From the NCBI GenBank assembly GCA_964016885.1, contig OZ024749.1, positions 17,174,001 to 17,238,000 on the forward strand: 64,000 nucleotides of DNA, written 5' to 3'. Shown one piece after another: positions 13,245 to 28,176 of the stretch. Below the pieces are notes generated by a model that made no database searches, was not told the origin of the DNA, and saw only the letters and a program-made list of their open reading frames with translations. Both the position numbers and the translations under genes were made by a program. This DNA is from Eledone cirrhosa. Its lineage: Eukaryota. The number at the start of each line of letters is the position of its first letter. Positions within the stretch are counted from its first letter, which is position 1.

Positions 13245-14655
13245 AGCTAGAAGGACAGTAGTAGTAATGGCAGAGTTTGTTGGGGCTAGTAAGGGTTAGA
13301 ACGACAGTAGAGCAATGGCAGAGTATGTTGGGGCTAGTAAGGTCTAGAAGGACAGTAGTAGCAATGACAGAGTGTGTTGGGGCTAGTAAGGGCTAGAAGG
13401 ACAGTAGTAACAATGACAGAGTATGTTGGGGCTAGTAAGGGCTAGAAGGACAGTAGTAGTAAGGACAGAGTTTGTTGGGGCTGGTAAGGGCTAGAAGGAC
13501 TACTTGTAATGGCAGTTTGTTGGGGCGGGTAAGGGCTAGAAGGACAGTAGTAGTAATGGCAGAGTATGTTGGGGCTAATAAGGTCTAGAAGGACAGTAAT
13601 AGCAATGACAGAGTTTGTTGGGGCTAGTAAGGTCTAGAAGGACAGTAGTCGTAATGGCAGAGTTTGTTGGGGCTGGTAAGGGCTAGAAGGAAAGTAGTAG
13701 TAATGGCAGAGTTTGTTGGGGCTGGTAAGGTCTAGAAGGACAGTAGTAGCAATGGCAGAGTTTATTGGGGCTGGTAAGGTCTAGAAGGACAGTAGTAGCA
13801 ATGGCAGAGTTTGTTGGGGCTAGTAAGGTCTAGAAGGACAGTAGTAGTAATGGCAGAGTTTGTTGGAGCTAGTAAGGGCTAGAAGGACAGTACTCGTAAT
13901 GGCAGAGTTTATTGGGGCTGGTAAGGGCTAGAAGGACAGTAGTAGTAATGGCAGAGTTTGTTGGGGTGGATAAGTGCTAGAAGGACAGTAGTAGTATTGG
14001 CAGAGTTTGTTGGGGCTGGTAAGGTCTAGAAGGACAGTAGTCATAATGGCAGAGTTGGGGCTGGTAAGGTCTAGAAGGACAGTAGTAGCAATGACAGAGT
14101 TTGTTGGGTCTAGTAAGGTCTAGAAGGACAGTAGTCGCAATGGCAGGGTTTGTTGGGGCTGATAAGGGCTAGAAGGACAGTAGTAGCAATGGCAGAGTTT
14201 GTTGGGGCTGGTAAGGTCTAGAAGGACAGTAGTAGCAATGGCAGAGTTTGTTGGGGCTGGTAAAGGCTAGAAGGACAGTAGTAGTAATGACAGAGTTTGT
14301 TGGGGCTAGTAAGGGCTAGAAGGACAGTACTCGTAATGGCAGAGTTTGTTGGGGCTGGTAAGGGCTACAAGGACAGTAATAGTAATGGCAGAGTTTGTTG
14401 GGGCGGGTAAGGGCTAGAAGGACAGTAGTAGTAATGGCAGAGTTTGTTGGGGCTAGAAGGACAGTAGTCGTAATGGCAGAGTTTATTGGAGCTGGTAAGG
14501 GCTAGAAGGACAGTAGTAGTAATGGCAGAGTTTGTTGGGGCTGGTAAGGGCTAGAAGGACAGTAGTAGTAATGGCAGAGTTTGTTGGGGCGGGTAAGGGC
14601 TAGAAGGACAATAGTAGTAATGGCAGAGTTTGTTGGGGCTGGTAATGGTTAAGGA
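13245..14655. repeat. 49-bp minisatellite, ~29 copies
   Basis: Unit ctagaaggacagtagtagtaatggcagagtttgttggggctggtaaggg (e.g. starts at 14551 and 14600). Confidence 0.95.
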
Positions 14656-15959
14656 CATTTTGCTGAGGTTTGATTGGTCAAATAGCCTATGGTGGTGAGT
14701 GGGAAATTGTGAGATACGTAGCCATCATGACATATATCATCACAGGAGATTCGGGGGAAATAAGCGGATATAAGTAGGCATATTAGACAAGGCAAATATG
14801 CAAGAATTTCGAAGATGGTCTCCTAGCTTCGTAATCACCGAAATGAATGAATGAGTGAGAGAAAGGGGAGGTAATGGTGGGGGTTTAGGGATGAGTTTGT
14901 AGAGAAAGACACAATGTCCAACATGGTTTATATCAAAAACAAGGCCGAAGTATACACGTTGTGGAAACAAGTGAATGATAATAATAATAATGTAAACAGA
15001 ACATTTTGAAATTGGGGAAGAGAAATAGCTGTAGAATAGAAATAATCTATGGATGTCTGGGATATAAGTTATATATATATATATGTTGTGATGTCACTGG
15101 TGCCAAGCTGTATCAGCCATTGCCTTTCCCTTGGACAACATCATATATATACACGACCCTAAGAAAGGGTCGTGTGTGTCTTCCCCTTTAAGGAAAGGAA
15201 GCAAATATTGTTAGAAAAAATAGGTAAACCGGGCTTGTTAAGAAGAGCGATACCGTACCTCTCTGTCCACTGTAGCGCTTATAATACTGTTTTAGCGGAT
15301 GCTGGACGATTTGAATTTACCATTGTGGTAGCCATCAAACAATTTCAAGTAGGGCCCCTTAAATAGGGTTGTGTGTGCGTTCACTGACAGCCCTAAAAAT
15401 GAGGGGCCACCATCAACAATTTCGGCCCTAAAAAGGGCCGTTTGATCATTCACTTGTAGCCCTTGAAAGGACTTTGACTGCGTTCTCCAACGGCCGCAAA
15501 AAGCACTTCAATTGTGTTCGTTGGCAGCCATTAGAATGACTCTGTATGCGTTCACAATTTGTTCAACCGCCTTAAATAACCATGCCGATTGTCAAGCTGG
15601 GTTCCTCTCTGAAGGCGATCACCTTAAACCGAGGGAAACATATGTTTTAGTTAAGAGACTGTTTAAAAGCTCATCAGGCTGGCTAAAGAAATGGTGATTA
15701 CGGACCTATCTCCTCGCTGTTGCATTTACAACACCTCGTTGTAAACAATGTTTCTTGTTTTTCCTCGGCGTGCAAATGCGAAAAGACTTTCCCTGCTGCC
15801 CACTCTTGAGCACCCAACGTATAATTGTCCGTGAGAGAAACACGGTTCTTCCAGAAGAAGTCTGGCCCTGGGACTTGCTGATGGACATAGCAAACCTGAC
15901 CCGAAGTGGAAATTGGAGTCTTCTGAAGGTGAACTGAATTTCTGTTCCCGAGGGAATGA

Positions 15960-18900
15960 GAGGAATTCTCGGAATGAAGACATCATCACCTTTTCCACAT
16001 CAAGAAAGGATAGTTGCCTAGATTACATGTGCCATCAATTTTTTTACAGCCAGCCGTATTCCGTTGCAGTCTTGGTGGTTCCAAATTCCGCAGCAGCATT
16101 ACAGGGGTGCCAACTTTAAAGAGAAGCATGTGAAGCAGTAGTCCTGGGGGCTCCAAAGAGTTGAGGAACTCTGGCGGAAAGTTCACCACTTCATTGGGAT
16201 CTGGCATCGTGTCAACAGATTTGTAAGTGTGAAGAACACCAGGAAGGGAGTGCAGTAGTTGGTCGTTGGTTTCGTTAACAGCGACGGTTTTTGGAGCTAG
16301 CACTGCTCTTTCACACAACCATGCGTGGTTCTGGTAATTGTTTCTCAAATCTGGAAACACTTTGTCTTTCAGTTCCCCTGCAGAATTAACTGAGGTCGAA
16401 AATAGCCACACTTCCAGCTCCCCTGCAGCGTCCAGAGGTATTTTTCCATCGCCAAGTTTCAAAATGTCCTGTGCAAATTCCGTGGACATTTGGTCGTCAT
16501 GTAATTGAGCTCTCATATTGGTTGTAAGAATCAGTGTCCTGACATGGTGCCACAGAGGAGAGGATTTTAGGCCTGCTTGGATCTCATCTGCTCTTGTGCC
16601 TTTGGGAATTACGGGAAGAGTCTGCCTAAGTCACCTGAAAGCAGAAGCATAACACCTCCTATGGGAGCCTGGCAGCCTCTGATGTCCTTTAGAGCTCTGT
16701 TTAATGCGTCCAGAGCTCCCTTATGGGCCATGGTGCACTCATCCCACACATTGAGCTGACATTGTTTTAGGACTTGCCCTTGGTCGGAGGTCTTGCGGAT
16801 GCTGCAAGTAGGGGTTTCTGACGTTGTTAAATTGAGAGGCAATTTAAAACTGGAGTGTGCGGTCCTGCCACCGGGCAACAAAGTGGCAGCAATTCCAGAA
16901 GAGGCAACAGCAACCGCAATGTCCTTGTGCATCCTGACTTTTGCAAGGAGTCGTCTCATTAAAAATGTTTTTCCTGTCCCTGCAGGAGCATCCTGAAAGA
17001 ACATACCCCTTTTCTGTGGCACACATGGTCGACAACAATGGTGTAAGCACGACGTTGGTCCGGAAGAAGTTGTGGTTCAGTTTCAAGGACACACTTGGTA
17101 AGAGCATCGACGTTGTAGGACGTTTCTCGGAGAAGAGCTGTAGGAAGTACGTTTGACCCTGTATGGATTGTTTGGGGCAGACCATATGAGGTCAAATAAT
17201 TTCCGGCGAGTGATGCAACTCTATCCTCTATGTCAATCAACGCTAGATTGAAGACCTCGTCGCTGGTACATTCCATCTCAGGGTATTGCACTTGCGCCTG
17301 ACGTTTGTAGTCCTCGAATAAATAATTTCTATACTTGAGCCACAAAAAGATAGGATTACTCAGTTCGCAAGTTTGCAGCAGCGTTGCAAATAGAGCTCGT
17401 AGGCGCATAGGCGATTGAGATGCAACAGCTTCGAATAAAGTGGCATCCCACTGTGCACCGTCTTCTAGCAGGCCGCGCTTGAAGCAAGCTTCCCTGTAAG
17501 TGCTGCACATGGAACCGTCGGCAGTTCTAAGGTCATGAAAGGACTGGGGTCCTCTTACCTCATGTAGCAGAAGACGGAGGTAGAAGCACTCATGCTGGTT
17601 TGGGTGCACTGTGTAAACTCTCCCTAGGCGACTCAAACTTTATGCCAGGATGTCCATCAACAGGCTGACCTGCCTTTCTGCGAACTCATTGTTGTTTATT
17701 CCATGTCTAATAGGACAACACCTGAGGATACAGCAGGGTTTGAGCAAAAGAATCAGCCTGACAAAGTTCGAAGAATGCAGTGTGGGTAGTTTCCCGTGGT
17801 TCCTCCACCATTTGAGCAGCATTAACGTCAGTGAAGTACACCCTTTGACCGTACTCCAGGTGGACTGCAAGCTGTTCACTTGCAGGGTGCCTTTGGTGTA
17901 TAGGGAAGCCGAAAATACACCAGAAAGCTTTGTTACTGCTGATGTAACGGCCAACTTTGTATTGCGTGACCTCATCACGGCTGTCCAACTATTGCTGTAA
18001 AACCACCATCTCCGGGTTGGCGTCGCCTGTACAGTGGGTATCCGTCAACGCCAGTCTGGGTTTCTTGGAGCAACTTTCGGGGAAATCTTTTACTGCAGAC
18101 ATTGTCGTTCAAGCAGGGTGAGCTTAAATTGAAACCCTGCCCACATGGACCATGGACCTTGTTTGTCTTCACCATATCATAGAGGTCTTTGTCTATAGAC
18201 GGATCGGGAAAATCTGCGGAGATGATGCTGTCAATGACATTTGAAGATATTTTTGTTGACAGCCAAATGAGGATGTGGGCGTGCGGTAGGTCCCTCTTCT
18301 GCCACTCTACGGTGTACATGTCGCACTTTACTGGGCCAAAGACTTGCCCTCTCTTGATGAGCTCCATAAGATTGATAAGCTTCAGCCAAAAGACTCGGGC
18401 CAGGAGGTCAGGCCTGTCTTTGGCCTGTTGCCCTTGGAACAGTTCTGCCCCGATCTCCTTCCACTTTGGATTGCAAGTGAATGTGATGAACAGATCGGGC
18501 CTGCCGTAATGCCATACGTAGGTCATAGCATCCTGCGTTCTCTCGTGCATGTAGCGCGGACTTCTGGTGAAGGTGGAGAGGAGAATGCAGACTTTTCCTA
18601 CGCTGCTGGGAGCTGTGTCATTGTTGATGGCATCTCGGAGATGGATGTAGCTCTCAGACCGCAGTTGCCTTTGGTGTGACCGTATGAAACACAGTCTCTC
18701 CGATTCCATTTTGCGCACATATCAATGGCGAATTGCTGAAGTAGGTCTCTTGACTGGTGCAGGTGATTGAAGGAATCATGGCGAACCATGAAGCGGTAGG
18801 AGTAGAAAGCCATGCATGAAACTGGTTTTTTGACGGAGTGTTGAGGGTTTACTGGATTATGCTGGTGAATTCCGTACTGATAGCCGTCCTCACCATTTAC

Positions 18901-19140
18901 AAAGAGAAGTGGATACTGGAGCGCATCGTAAGACCTATGTGTTTCGCTGAAGAGTGCTATCTCGACGTTTGAGGACAATGTTTCGTGGATTATGCTGACC
19001 CCCATGCATAAGTACAGCGATTTCATTGAATGCAGGATAATTATACTGACCCGAATGCTCCCCAGATGGCATTTTCGAGGCATCAATTACCACATTAAAC
19101 TTGGCTGTGGTATCTGCTTCCAAGGCATACTTGAAGCTAA
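15960..19140 (-). mobile_element. Helitron RepHel pseudogene
   Basis: YDALQYPLLF, PDLFITFTCNPKW, VEWQKRDLPHAHILIW (HUH Rep motifs); APAGTGKT, VASSGIAATLLPGGRTAHS, DECTM, FPPEFLNSL (Pif1 helicase). Many frameshifts. Confidence 0.93.
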
Positions 19141-19797
19141 TGACAACTGTTTTTTGTGTGCATAATGTCTTGCATAATGTCTTGTGACTCTGCAGTACTG
19201 CCTGAATATAGGAGCTTCAACGGTTGTGGTGGATCCTCCAGGAGACGTAATTTTACTTTTCTATTTGCGCAACACAAGCCAGGTATTTCTCCAGGACGAA
19301 TGGTTGATTGTTGAGACTTATTTTAGGTAAAAAGTAATGTCTTCGATGCTGGGAAATACTGTAAAAAATGTAAAATTTCCACTGTTAAATCTATCCCGGC
19401 TTCTTAAGTATTCTCTATTATCTCATACTGTTTCTTTCTTATTTCAGAATACCAGATGACATTGGGATAAATTATTATTTTCAATCTCGGATACATCACC
19501 TCTATTTATCATCATTTTAAGACTAAAATGTTTTATACAGGACTCATATAACACTGTTTATATAAATCTATAGTACAATTACTCTGAAATATTTCCTCAA
19601 AACTGAGTTCATTCTCTTCACTATGAGATGATTTTGTATTTTAACTAAACTTGAATGTAAAAGAAGTTTGCATCAACTTCAGATCTTGACTGAGGTCACA
19701 GTTGAGGAATATATAGCGGAAGAAATATCTTCAGGAATATAATATAAAAAATAAGACAGGAATAACATCTGTAAATTCTGCCAAGGGAAGAAGAAAC

Positions 19798-21666
19798 ATG
19801 GAAAATAAATTGATTGAGAAGAAGATTAAATGTGAAACATTGTCTAAAGATATGGCTATTCCAGAAGAGATGCCAAACAATAGAGAAGGGAGGCCATATC
19901 ACTGTGATATCTGTAACAACTCATTTTCTGCATCAGTTACTTTATTTAAACACATACGTACCCATACAGGGGACAAGCCATATCACTGTGATATCTGTGG
20001 TAAATCATTCTCTGATAGTAGTACCTTAACTTCTCACATACGTACCCATACAGGACATAAGCCATATCACTGTGATATCTGTGGTAAATCATTCTCTTAT
20101 AGTAGTTCCTTAATTAGGCATAAACGTATACATACAGGAGAGAAGCCGTTTCATTGTGATATCTGTGGTAAATCATTCTGTGATAGTAGTCACTTAACTG
20201 AACACAAACGTATACATACAGGAGAGAAACCATATCAATGCGATATCTGTGGTAAATCATTCTCTAATAGTAGTACCTTAACTTCTCACATACGTACCCA
20301 TACAGGTGAGAAACCATATCACTGCGATATCTGTGGTAAATCATTCTCTCTCAATAGTCACTTAACTGATCACAAACGTACACATACAGGAGACAAGCCA
20401 TATCACTGTGATATCTGTGGCAAATCATTCTCTGTAAGTAGTACCTTAATTAAGCACAAACGTATTCATACAGAAGACAAGCCATATCACTGTGATATCT
20501 GTGGCAAATCATTCTCTGATAGTAGTGCCTTGACTGGAAACAAACATATACATACAGGACATAAGCAATACCAGTGTGATATCTGTAGTAAATCATTCTC
20601 TAATAGTAGTACCTTAACTTCTCACATACGTAACCATACAGGAGAGGAACCATTTCACTGTGATATCTGTGGCAAATCATTCTCTGTCAGTAGTACCTTA
20701 ATTAAGCACAAGCGTATACAGACAGGAGACAAGCCATATCACTGTGATATCTGTGGTAACTCATTCTCTGATAGTAGTCTCTTAACTGATCACAAACGTA
20801 GTATGCATACAGGAGAGAAACCATATCAATGCGATATCTGTGGTAAATCATTCTCTCAAAGTAGTCACTTAACTACACATGAACGTACACATACAGGAGA
20901 CAAGCCATATCACTGTGATATCTGTGGTAAATCATTCTCTGAAAGTAATACCTTCACTACACACAAATTTATACATACAGGGTACAAGCCATATCACTGT
21001 GATATCTGTGGTAAATCATTCTCTGTAAGTAGTTCCTTAATTAAGCATAAACGTATACATACAGGAGACAAGCCTTATCACTGTGATATCTGTGGTAAAT
21101 CATTCTCTGAAAGTAGTTCCTTAATTAAGCATAAACGTATACATACAGGAGACAAGCCTTATCACTGTGATATCTGTGGTAAATCATTCTCCGAAAGTAG
21201 TTCCTTAATTAAGCATAAACGTATACATACAGGAGACAAGCCATATCACTGTGATATCTGTGGTAAATCATTCTCTGTAAGTAGTAACCTAACTACACAT
21301 AAACGTACACATACAGGAGACAAGCCATATCACTGTGATATCTGTGGTAAATCATTCCCTGTAAGTGGTACCTTAACTAGCCACAAACGTACCCATACAG
21401 GAGACAAGCCATATCACTGTGATATCTGTGGTAAATCATTCTCTCTAAGTAGTAACTTAACTACACATAAACGTACACATACAGGAGACAAGCCATATCA
21501 CTGTGATATCTGTGGTAAATCATTCTCTCTAAGTAGTACCTTAACTACACACAAACGTATACATACAGGAGACAACCCATATCACTGTGATATCTGTGGT
21601 ATATCTTTCTCTGGGAAAAGTAGCCTAACTACTCACAAACTGATACATGTAGAAGAGAAATCATAA
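19798..21666 (+). CDS. Tandem C2H2 zinc-finger protein, 21 fingers (fingers 8 and 10 each lack a His ligand)
   Basis: Uninterrupted 622-aa ORF of [28 protein letters not shown] repeats, with no recognisable effector domain in this exon. Confidence 0.92.
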   Translation: MENKLIEKKIKCETLSKDMAIPEEMPNNREGRPYHCDICNNSFSASVTLFKHIRTHTGDKPYHCDICGKSFSDSSTLTSHIRTHTGHKPYHCDICGKSFSYSSSLIRHKRIHTGEKPFHCDICGKSFCDSSHLTEHKRIHTGEKPYQCDICGKSFSNSSTLTSHIRTHTGEKPYHCDICGKSFSLNSHLTDHKRTHTGDKPYHCDICGKSFSVSSTLIKHKRIHTEDKPYHCDICGKSFSDSSALTGNKHIHTGHKQYQCDICSKSFSNSSTLTSHIRNHTGEEPFHCDICGKSFSVSSTLIKHKRIQTGDKPYHCDICGNSFSDSSLLTDHKRSMHTGEKPYQCDICGKSFSQSSHLTTHERTHTGDKPYHCDICGKSFSESNTFTTHKFIHTGYKPYHCDICGKSFSVSSSLIKHKRIHTGDKPYHCDICGKSFSESSSLIKHKRIHTGDKPYHCDICGKSFSESSSLIKHKRIHTGDKPYHCDICGKSFSVSSNLTTHKRTHTGDKPYHCDICGKSFPVSGTLTSHKRTHTGDKPYHCDICGKSFSLSSNLTTHKRTHTGDKPYHCDICGKSFSLSSTLTTHKRIHTGDNPYHCDICGISFSGKSSLTTHKLIHVEEKS

Positions 21667-21779
21667 CGCATTGACATCAGTGATAAATCATTCCCTCAAA
21701 TTTGTGAATTAATGAGAATACAAATACATATCATTGTAACATCTCAGGGAAATCATTCTCTTTGAATATTACATTAACT

Positions 21780-22289
21780 ACACACAAACATATACATACA
21801 GCTGGGAAACCATATCACGTTAATATATTTGGTAAATCATTCTCTAAATGTTGTGGTTTCACTAGACACTAACATATACAGGAGAGGAACCATATCACTG
21901 ATGTCTGTGGTAAATCATTATTTAAATGTTGTGGCTTCACTAGACACTAACATCTACAGGAGAGGAACCATATTATTTGTGATGTCTGTGGTAAATCATT
22001 GACTAAATGTTGTGGCTTCACTAGACAGTAACATCTACAGGAGAGGAACCATATCACTGATGTCTGTGGTAAATCCTTCTCTAAATGTTGTAGCTACACT
22101 ACACACTAACATATACAGGGGAGGAACTATATCACTGTGATGTCGGTGGTAAAATCATTGTTTAAATGTTGTGGCTGCACTACACACTAACACATACAGG
22201 AGAGGAGCCATATCACTGTGATGTCTGTGGTAAATCATTTTTAAATGTTATGACTTCACTAGATACTAACATATACAGGAGAGGAACCA

Positions 22290-22290
<1 letters not shown>
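21780..22290 (+). repeat. ~62-bp repeats derived from degenerate zinc-finger units (also 23340-23780)
   Basis: acaggagaggaaccatatcactgtgatgtctgtggtaaatcatt...aaatgttgtggcttcactagacactaacat reiterated out of frame. Confidence 0.8.
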
Positions 22291-23212
<922 letters not shown>

Positions 23213-24179
23213 CGCATTGACATCAGTGATAAATCATTCCCTCAAATTTGTGAATTAATGAGAATACAAATACATATCATTGTAACATCTCAGGGAAATC
23301 ATTCTCTTTGAATGTTACATTAACTACACACAAACATATACATACAGCTGGGAAACCATATCACTTTCATATATTTGGTAAATCATTCTATAAATGTTGT
23401 GGCTTCACTAGACACTAACATATACAGGAGAGGAACCATATCACTGATGTCTGTGGTAAATCCTTCTCTAAATGTTGTGGCTTCATTACACACTAACATA
23501 TACAGGAGAGGATCTATATCACTGTGATGTCGGTGGTAAATCATTGTTTAAATGTTGTGGCTGCACTGGACACTAACACATACAGGAGAGGAACCATATC
23601 ACTGTGATGTCTGTGGTAAATCATTTTTAAATGTTATGACTTCACTAGATACTAACATATACAGGAGAGGAACCATATCACTGTGATGTCTGATAAATCC
23701 TTCTCTAAATGTGGTTTAATTAGACACTAACATATACAGGAGAGGAACTATATCACTGTGATGTCTGTGATAAATCATTCTCTTGTAAAGATTACTTAAT
23801 GCAACACAATTAGACAAGATAAAAACCATGTCACTCACCCAAAATAGTGCCACCAATGTTGTTAATATTTTGAATAAAATTGTTTTACTCAGAAATTGTT
23901 CTTTCATTTTATTTGTAGAAGTTGTAACCAAGACTTGTGCTGATAAAACTGTAGCGTTCAGAATGTACATACTCTATATATATGTGAATGTATGTGTGTA
24001 GAAATTTGTGTCCATGTATATGTTTGTATATAAGTATGTGCATATCTCTATTTGATTTATTTGTGTATGTATGTGTGTATATGTAAGTCATCTTCATCAA
24101 CATCATCACTGTTTTTATGTCCGTTTTTTCCATGCTTGCTTGGTTGGACAGGTCTTTCTCAACATGGCATCTTTCAACT

Positions 24180-24700
24180 CGTGTTCCTATGTCATGTCCT
24201 CTGTGAGAGTCAGTGATTTGAAGTCAGTTCACACAGCCTCTCTCCAGGTCTGTCTTGCTCTACCTCTACTATGGCTTGCTTCTACTGGGATTTCCTTGCA
24301 CTCCTTCACCCAGTGGTCATTATCCATGTGCATCACATGTCCGTACAAATGCAGTCTTCTCTTTTACACACCACTTCAGATCACTCTTAAATCCAGCTTC
24401 TTCTTGAACTTGTCCAAGCTCTGTCTTTCTCTTACACTTACACAACATATCCTACAAAACATGGTTGTTTCATTTCTCTCCAGTCTACATATCCTCTGCA
24501 GTCACAGCCATTGTTTCGTTACCATTCATCATTGCACATCGCCCACATGTGTCATACAGTCGTCCTTTTGTGGTCAACTGTCGCAGTAGCCCTCCCTCTA
24601 AACTTTTTCCATCCTATCCTTATTCTAGCTATTCATCTTTCAGAATAGCTTCCTCCACTGCTAATTAAGTCACCTTGATTGCAAAAGCTATCAACCACTT
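24180..24700 (-). mobile_element. Old RTE 3' fragment
   Basis: Nucleotide similarity by eye to 8960-9500. Confidence 0.6.
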
Positions 24701-25289
24701 CTATGTGTGTCTAATTACATATATAATTAAGCCTGACAATTTCTCCACAAAAGATTTACCTCCCTTTTTGACAATATGAAACTCGTCTGTTTGGGGTGAA
24801 AATTGTTGGAGGAAAGAACTTCCTTTTAATATATTTGTCGGCATGCCAAACGAAGGATCTGTTTGGAAGTGCCTCCTCCCATTAAACAGTAGTGGCCATA
24901 AGTGGACTCAGAAACCAGTGGTCACACATACATGTTATGTGTATGAAACATTATTTACACTAAATAGACTATGGGTACACAAGAGATTTAGTGGGATATA
25001 AGGTAAGTTAGTTAAGAACTTAGGTTTTACAAGGTGTCATTGCATTGGAGCAGTAAGCAGCAATCCCTTTTAGGAGACAAGCTCTATCAAATATTTAAAG
25101 GGTTCCATAGAAGAAGTTGGCAGTTTCTGTTACCAGGGTCACCAAATTAGCAGTGGAAGTAGGTGTTCTGAAAGTACAGTAACAAGAGTAGGAACAAGAT
25201 GGCAAAGGTTTAGGGTGCTACTACTGTTGCTAACTACAAAAGGTTTCATTTAATTGTTGTGTGCATATGAACAGCAATGTTGCATTTCA

Positions 25290-26850
25290 GTTAGATCTGG
25301 GCGGTGTGGCGACAGGAAAGCGGGTGGAGGCCGAAAGAGCTCACGGTGGAACCGCAGCGACATTGGTGTGGCTGGCAGATCCGGAGGCCGAGCCTCAGGG
25401 AAACGCAGATTCGCAGGCTATGGTTGTCTAGCTGCATGCCAGTGGAGAAGGGGGGCAGGGCATGGAGCCAGGCACCATTGTGGAGTTTGCTGGTCGAGCT
25501 GGCGCGTAAGCCTGTCTGAGGCCAGGCTGCACTGGATGGCATCCCAAGTGCGTTGGGGGGACTTGACGTCAACAGGAGGAGAAGGAGGAGGGACGTCGTC
25601 TGGGCTAAGTCCCAGCCGGTACCACGTCTCACAGGCGGCCTCACGTTCTCTGAACCCAGGGTTCTGTTGTGTTTTGAAGAACCCTGCTGACGCGGACGCA
25701 GCACGAGGTTACCGACGAAAGATACGCCGGCAAAGCTAGTGAGATCGGGGACCGGAGGCGAAGACCACCATACCTGACAGGTAAAGTGGCCTGTTGCCAC
25801 CCAATGTCGTCAAACTTGACGTTGAATATCCCCTCAGCTGCCGCTCGGATACACGTATCGAGGTCAGCGAGGAGAGATGTCTGGGTGTAGCATGGAGTGA
25901 TGCGGAGTGTATAGAGGAGCTTCGGCATGGCGAAACAGTTCCTCAGCAGAAAGATAGCTGGGTGGCCGTCAATCAAGCCCAGTCGGCTCGTGAGAGTCTG
26001 TAGCTGTTGAAGCCTGGACCGGATGGCCGGCGGATGGATCGGGGACCCGAAGATGAGGACATCCTCTTTGGGGGTCACCTGAACCTGGCGGAGAATGGAC
26101 CGCACGTCCAAGACGGAGGCTGCAAAGCTCGCAGCATCGAGGCTGACGTTCACCACCTCCGAGTTGACATGGAGGCCGATTCCCGCCAATGCAGGAACCA
26201 CCGATTGAAGGTCATGGCAGACCGTCCGTACAGGCCCGCCCAACGTAGCATCTTCCAGATACCAAGGGCGAACGTGAGGGGTCCCAAAGGGTCGCCCTGT
26301 TGGACCCCAGTAGCCGCGGGTATGACCGTATCAGCAGCTAGGAGCATGCTCGGGGCTCCATATGAGGTGTCTGGATGCCGGTACCGAAGGGCAGCTGTTG
26401 AAGAACTGCCTGGTTGCATGAGCGGCTCCCTCTCACGTCCGGACACGCCGACACCCAGTTGCACCGGACTAAACTCCTCACCCAGTTCGTGTGTGGCGGA
26501 CTTGCAGCCTCCGGAAGACATTGCCACCCTCTTTCTTCCTGAGAGCGGTGAGGCTGGCCGAAAAAAAGAGGCCTCGGGCGTAAGGGCCGAATGCACCATG
26601 GATGAACCTATTGGTGAGCGCCACAATTGCACTCAGAAGGTGGCGCCCGGCCTCAGCGGAGAGGGGGGATGTCAACTCCTTGAGGTGGCCTGGTCGGAGA
26701 CCATCAACACCTCCGCAACTGCTAGTTTGGAAGGATCTGATGGCGGTCATGATATCTGCATCAGTAGCCACGAGGAGCAAGTGAGGGTGGTTCGTGGAGA
26801 CGTTCTCTGGTAATGAACGGAAAAAACGAAGATAATACGTCAAAATGTGG
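25290..26850 (-). mobile_element. CRE-like (RLE-type) non-LTR retrotransposon fragment, GC-rich, decayed
   Basis: [51 protein letters not shown]....HPLSC. Confidence 0.75.
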
Positions 26851-27220
26851 AGCGGTGGGAACAATTACACGCAAAGACAAAACCACGTTTATGGTATAAC
26901 TGAAGTCGTAGACTAAAATTCTATTTAGGAAACCGAATGATTCTCGGCTTCAGAGTTAAGAATAAAGTAAATAAAATACAGAGGTAATTGAAATTAAATA
27001 TATACACGCATCCATATACGTACATACACAAGCATACGCGAAAACACTCGCCATGGGTATGCAAATACAAGCACGTACACAAAAAACACGCACGCACATA
27101 CAGAACCCACGCAACGCCTGTACCCGCACACATACGAACATATACACCAATACACATAAAAATATACATAAAAAATATATATATATGTGTGTGTGCGTGT
27201 ATACATATAATTAAATAAAC

Positions 27221-27251
<31 letters not shown>

Positions 27252-27453
27252 GGGATAACAAGTTATCGTTATAGGTAATCGAGTCAGAGTACTCTGTGTC
27301 GTGGATAGTTTTAATGTACGGCTTTGTTTGACTCAACAAGATGTTTTCATAGTTAGACAGCGAATTCGCGGTAATTTCTATGCAGGTTGGAGTAATAATA
27401 GTTAAAGAAAGGAGAGTAACATGGTTGGCTGCACAATAAGGGCTTTATTACAA

Positions 27454-27564
27454 GTACTGACAATTGTTTCGTTGATCAGGTGTGTCTAGAGTTCGCTAAT
27501 CGCTTGAGGTTGCGTCAATCGATCTCCAATACATTGTTTACCACTGGTAAACACATCAGAGCAC
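27454..27564 (-). ncRNA. Degenerate type I hammerhead motif (A9->U)
   Basis: Minus strand: gtgct CTGATGT gtt..long insert..aac GAAA caattg TC agtac. Confidence 0.5.
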
Positions 27565-28176
27565 GTAGATATGAAAATAGTTCACTCGAGGCAAGACTTA
27601 TATTGAAAAGTATCGTAACATCAAAACAATAACATCAATAATAAAATAGCGTATAATTAAAACAATAACATCAATAGTAAAACATGTATGGTAAATAGAT
27701 AGAGGAGTAAAATATAAGATAGGGTACATTAAAAAATAATAAGAAGAAGAAAATGAGGAAATGGAGAATACAAAGAAATAAAAGAAATAAAGGAGTGAGA
27801 GAGTGTACGTAGGATTAGATTTTAGTAGTTTTTTGAGGAAGTGCTTTTTGGTGCTAACACGAGAAACCAGATTTGAGATGTAGAACAATTTGTGTGGAGG
27901 GTCCGATAAAAGAAAAGACAATAAATTAGAGATTAATTTATGTATACTTGTATGATATTCATGGGTTGACAGGGCGTTTGATAAACGTTTGTTGTAGATG
28001 TTTTGCTGGTTGTTCTATCTTAATGAAGTTGATGGAGAGAGGGTGGAAGAAGTGTACAGAGATTTATGGTCCAGTGATGAGTTGGCAGTTTGATAGCTAA
28101 TAGTGGTGCGATAGTATGTATTCTATATGTTAAAATCTAGGTGGTTCAGTACTAACTTTGGGATTGCTGGTTCAAA

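Noticed and set aside
13245-14655. CRISPR-like array
   Set aside because: Contiguous repeats with no unique spacers, no cas genes, eukaryotic context.
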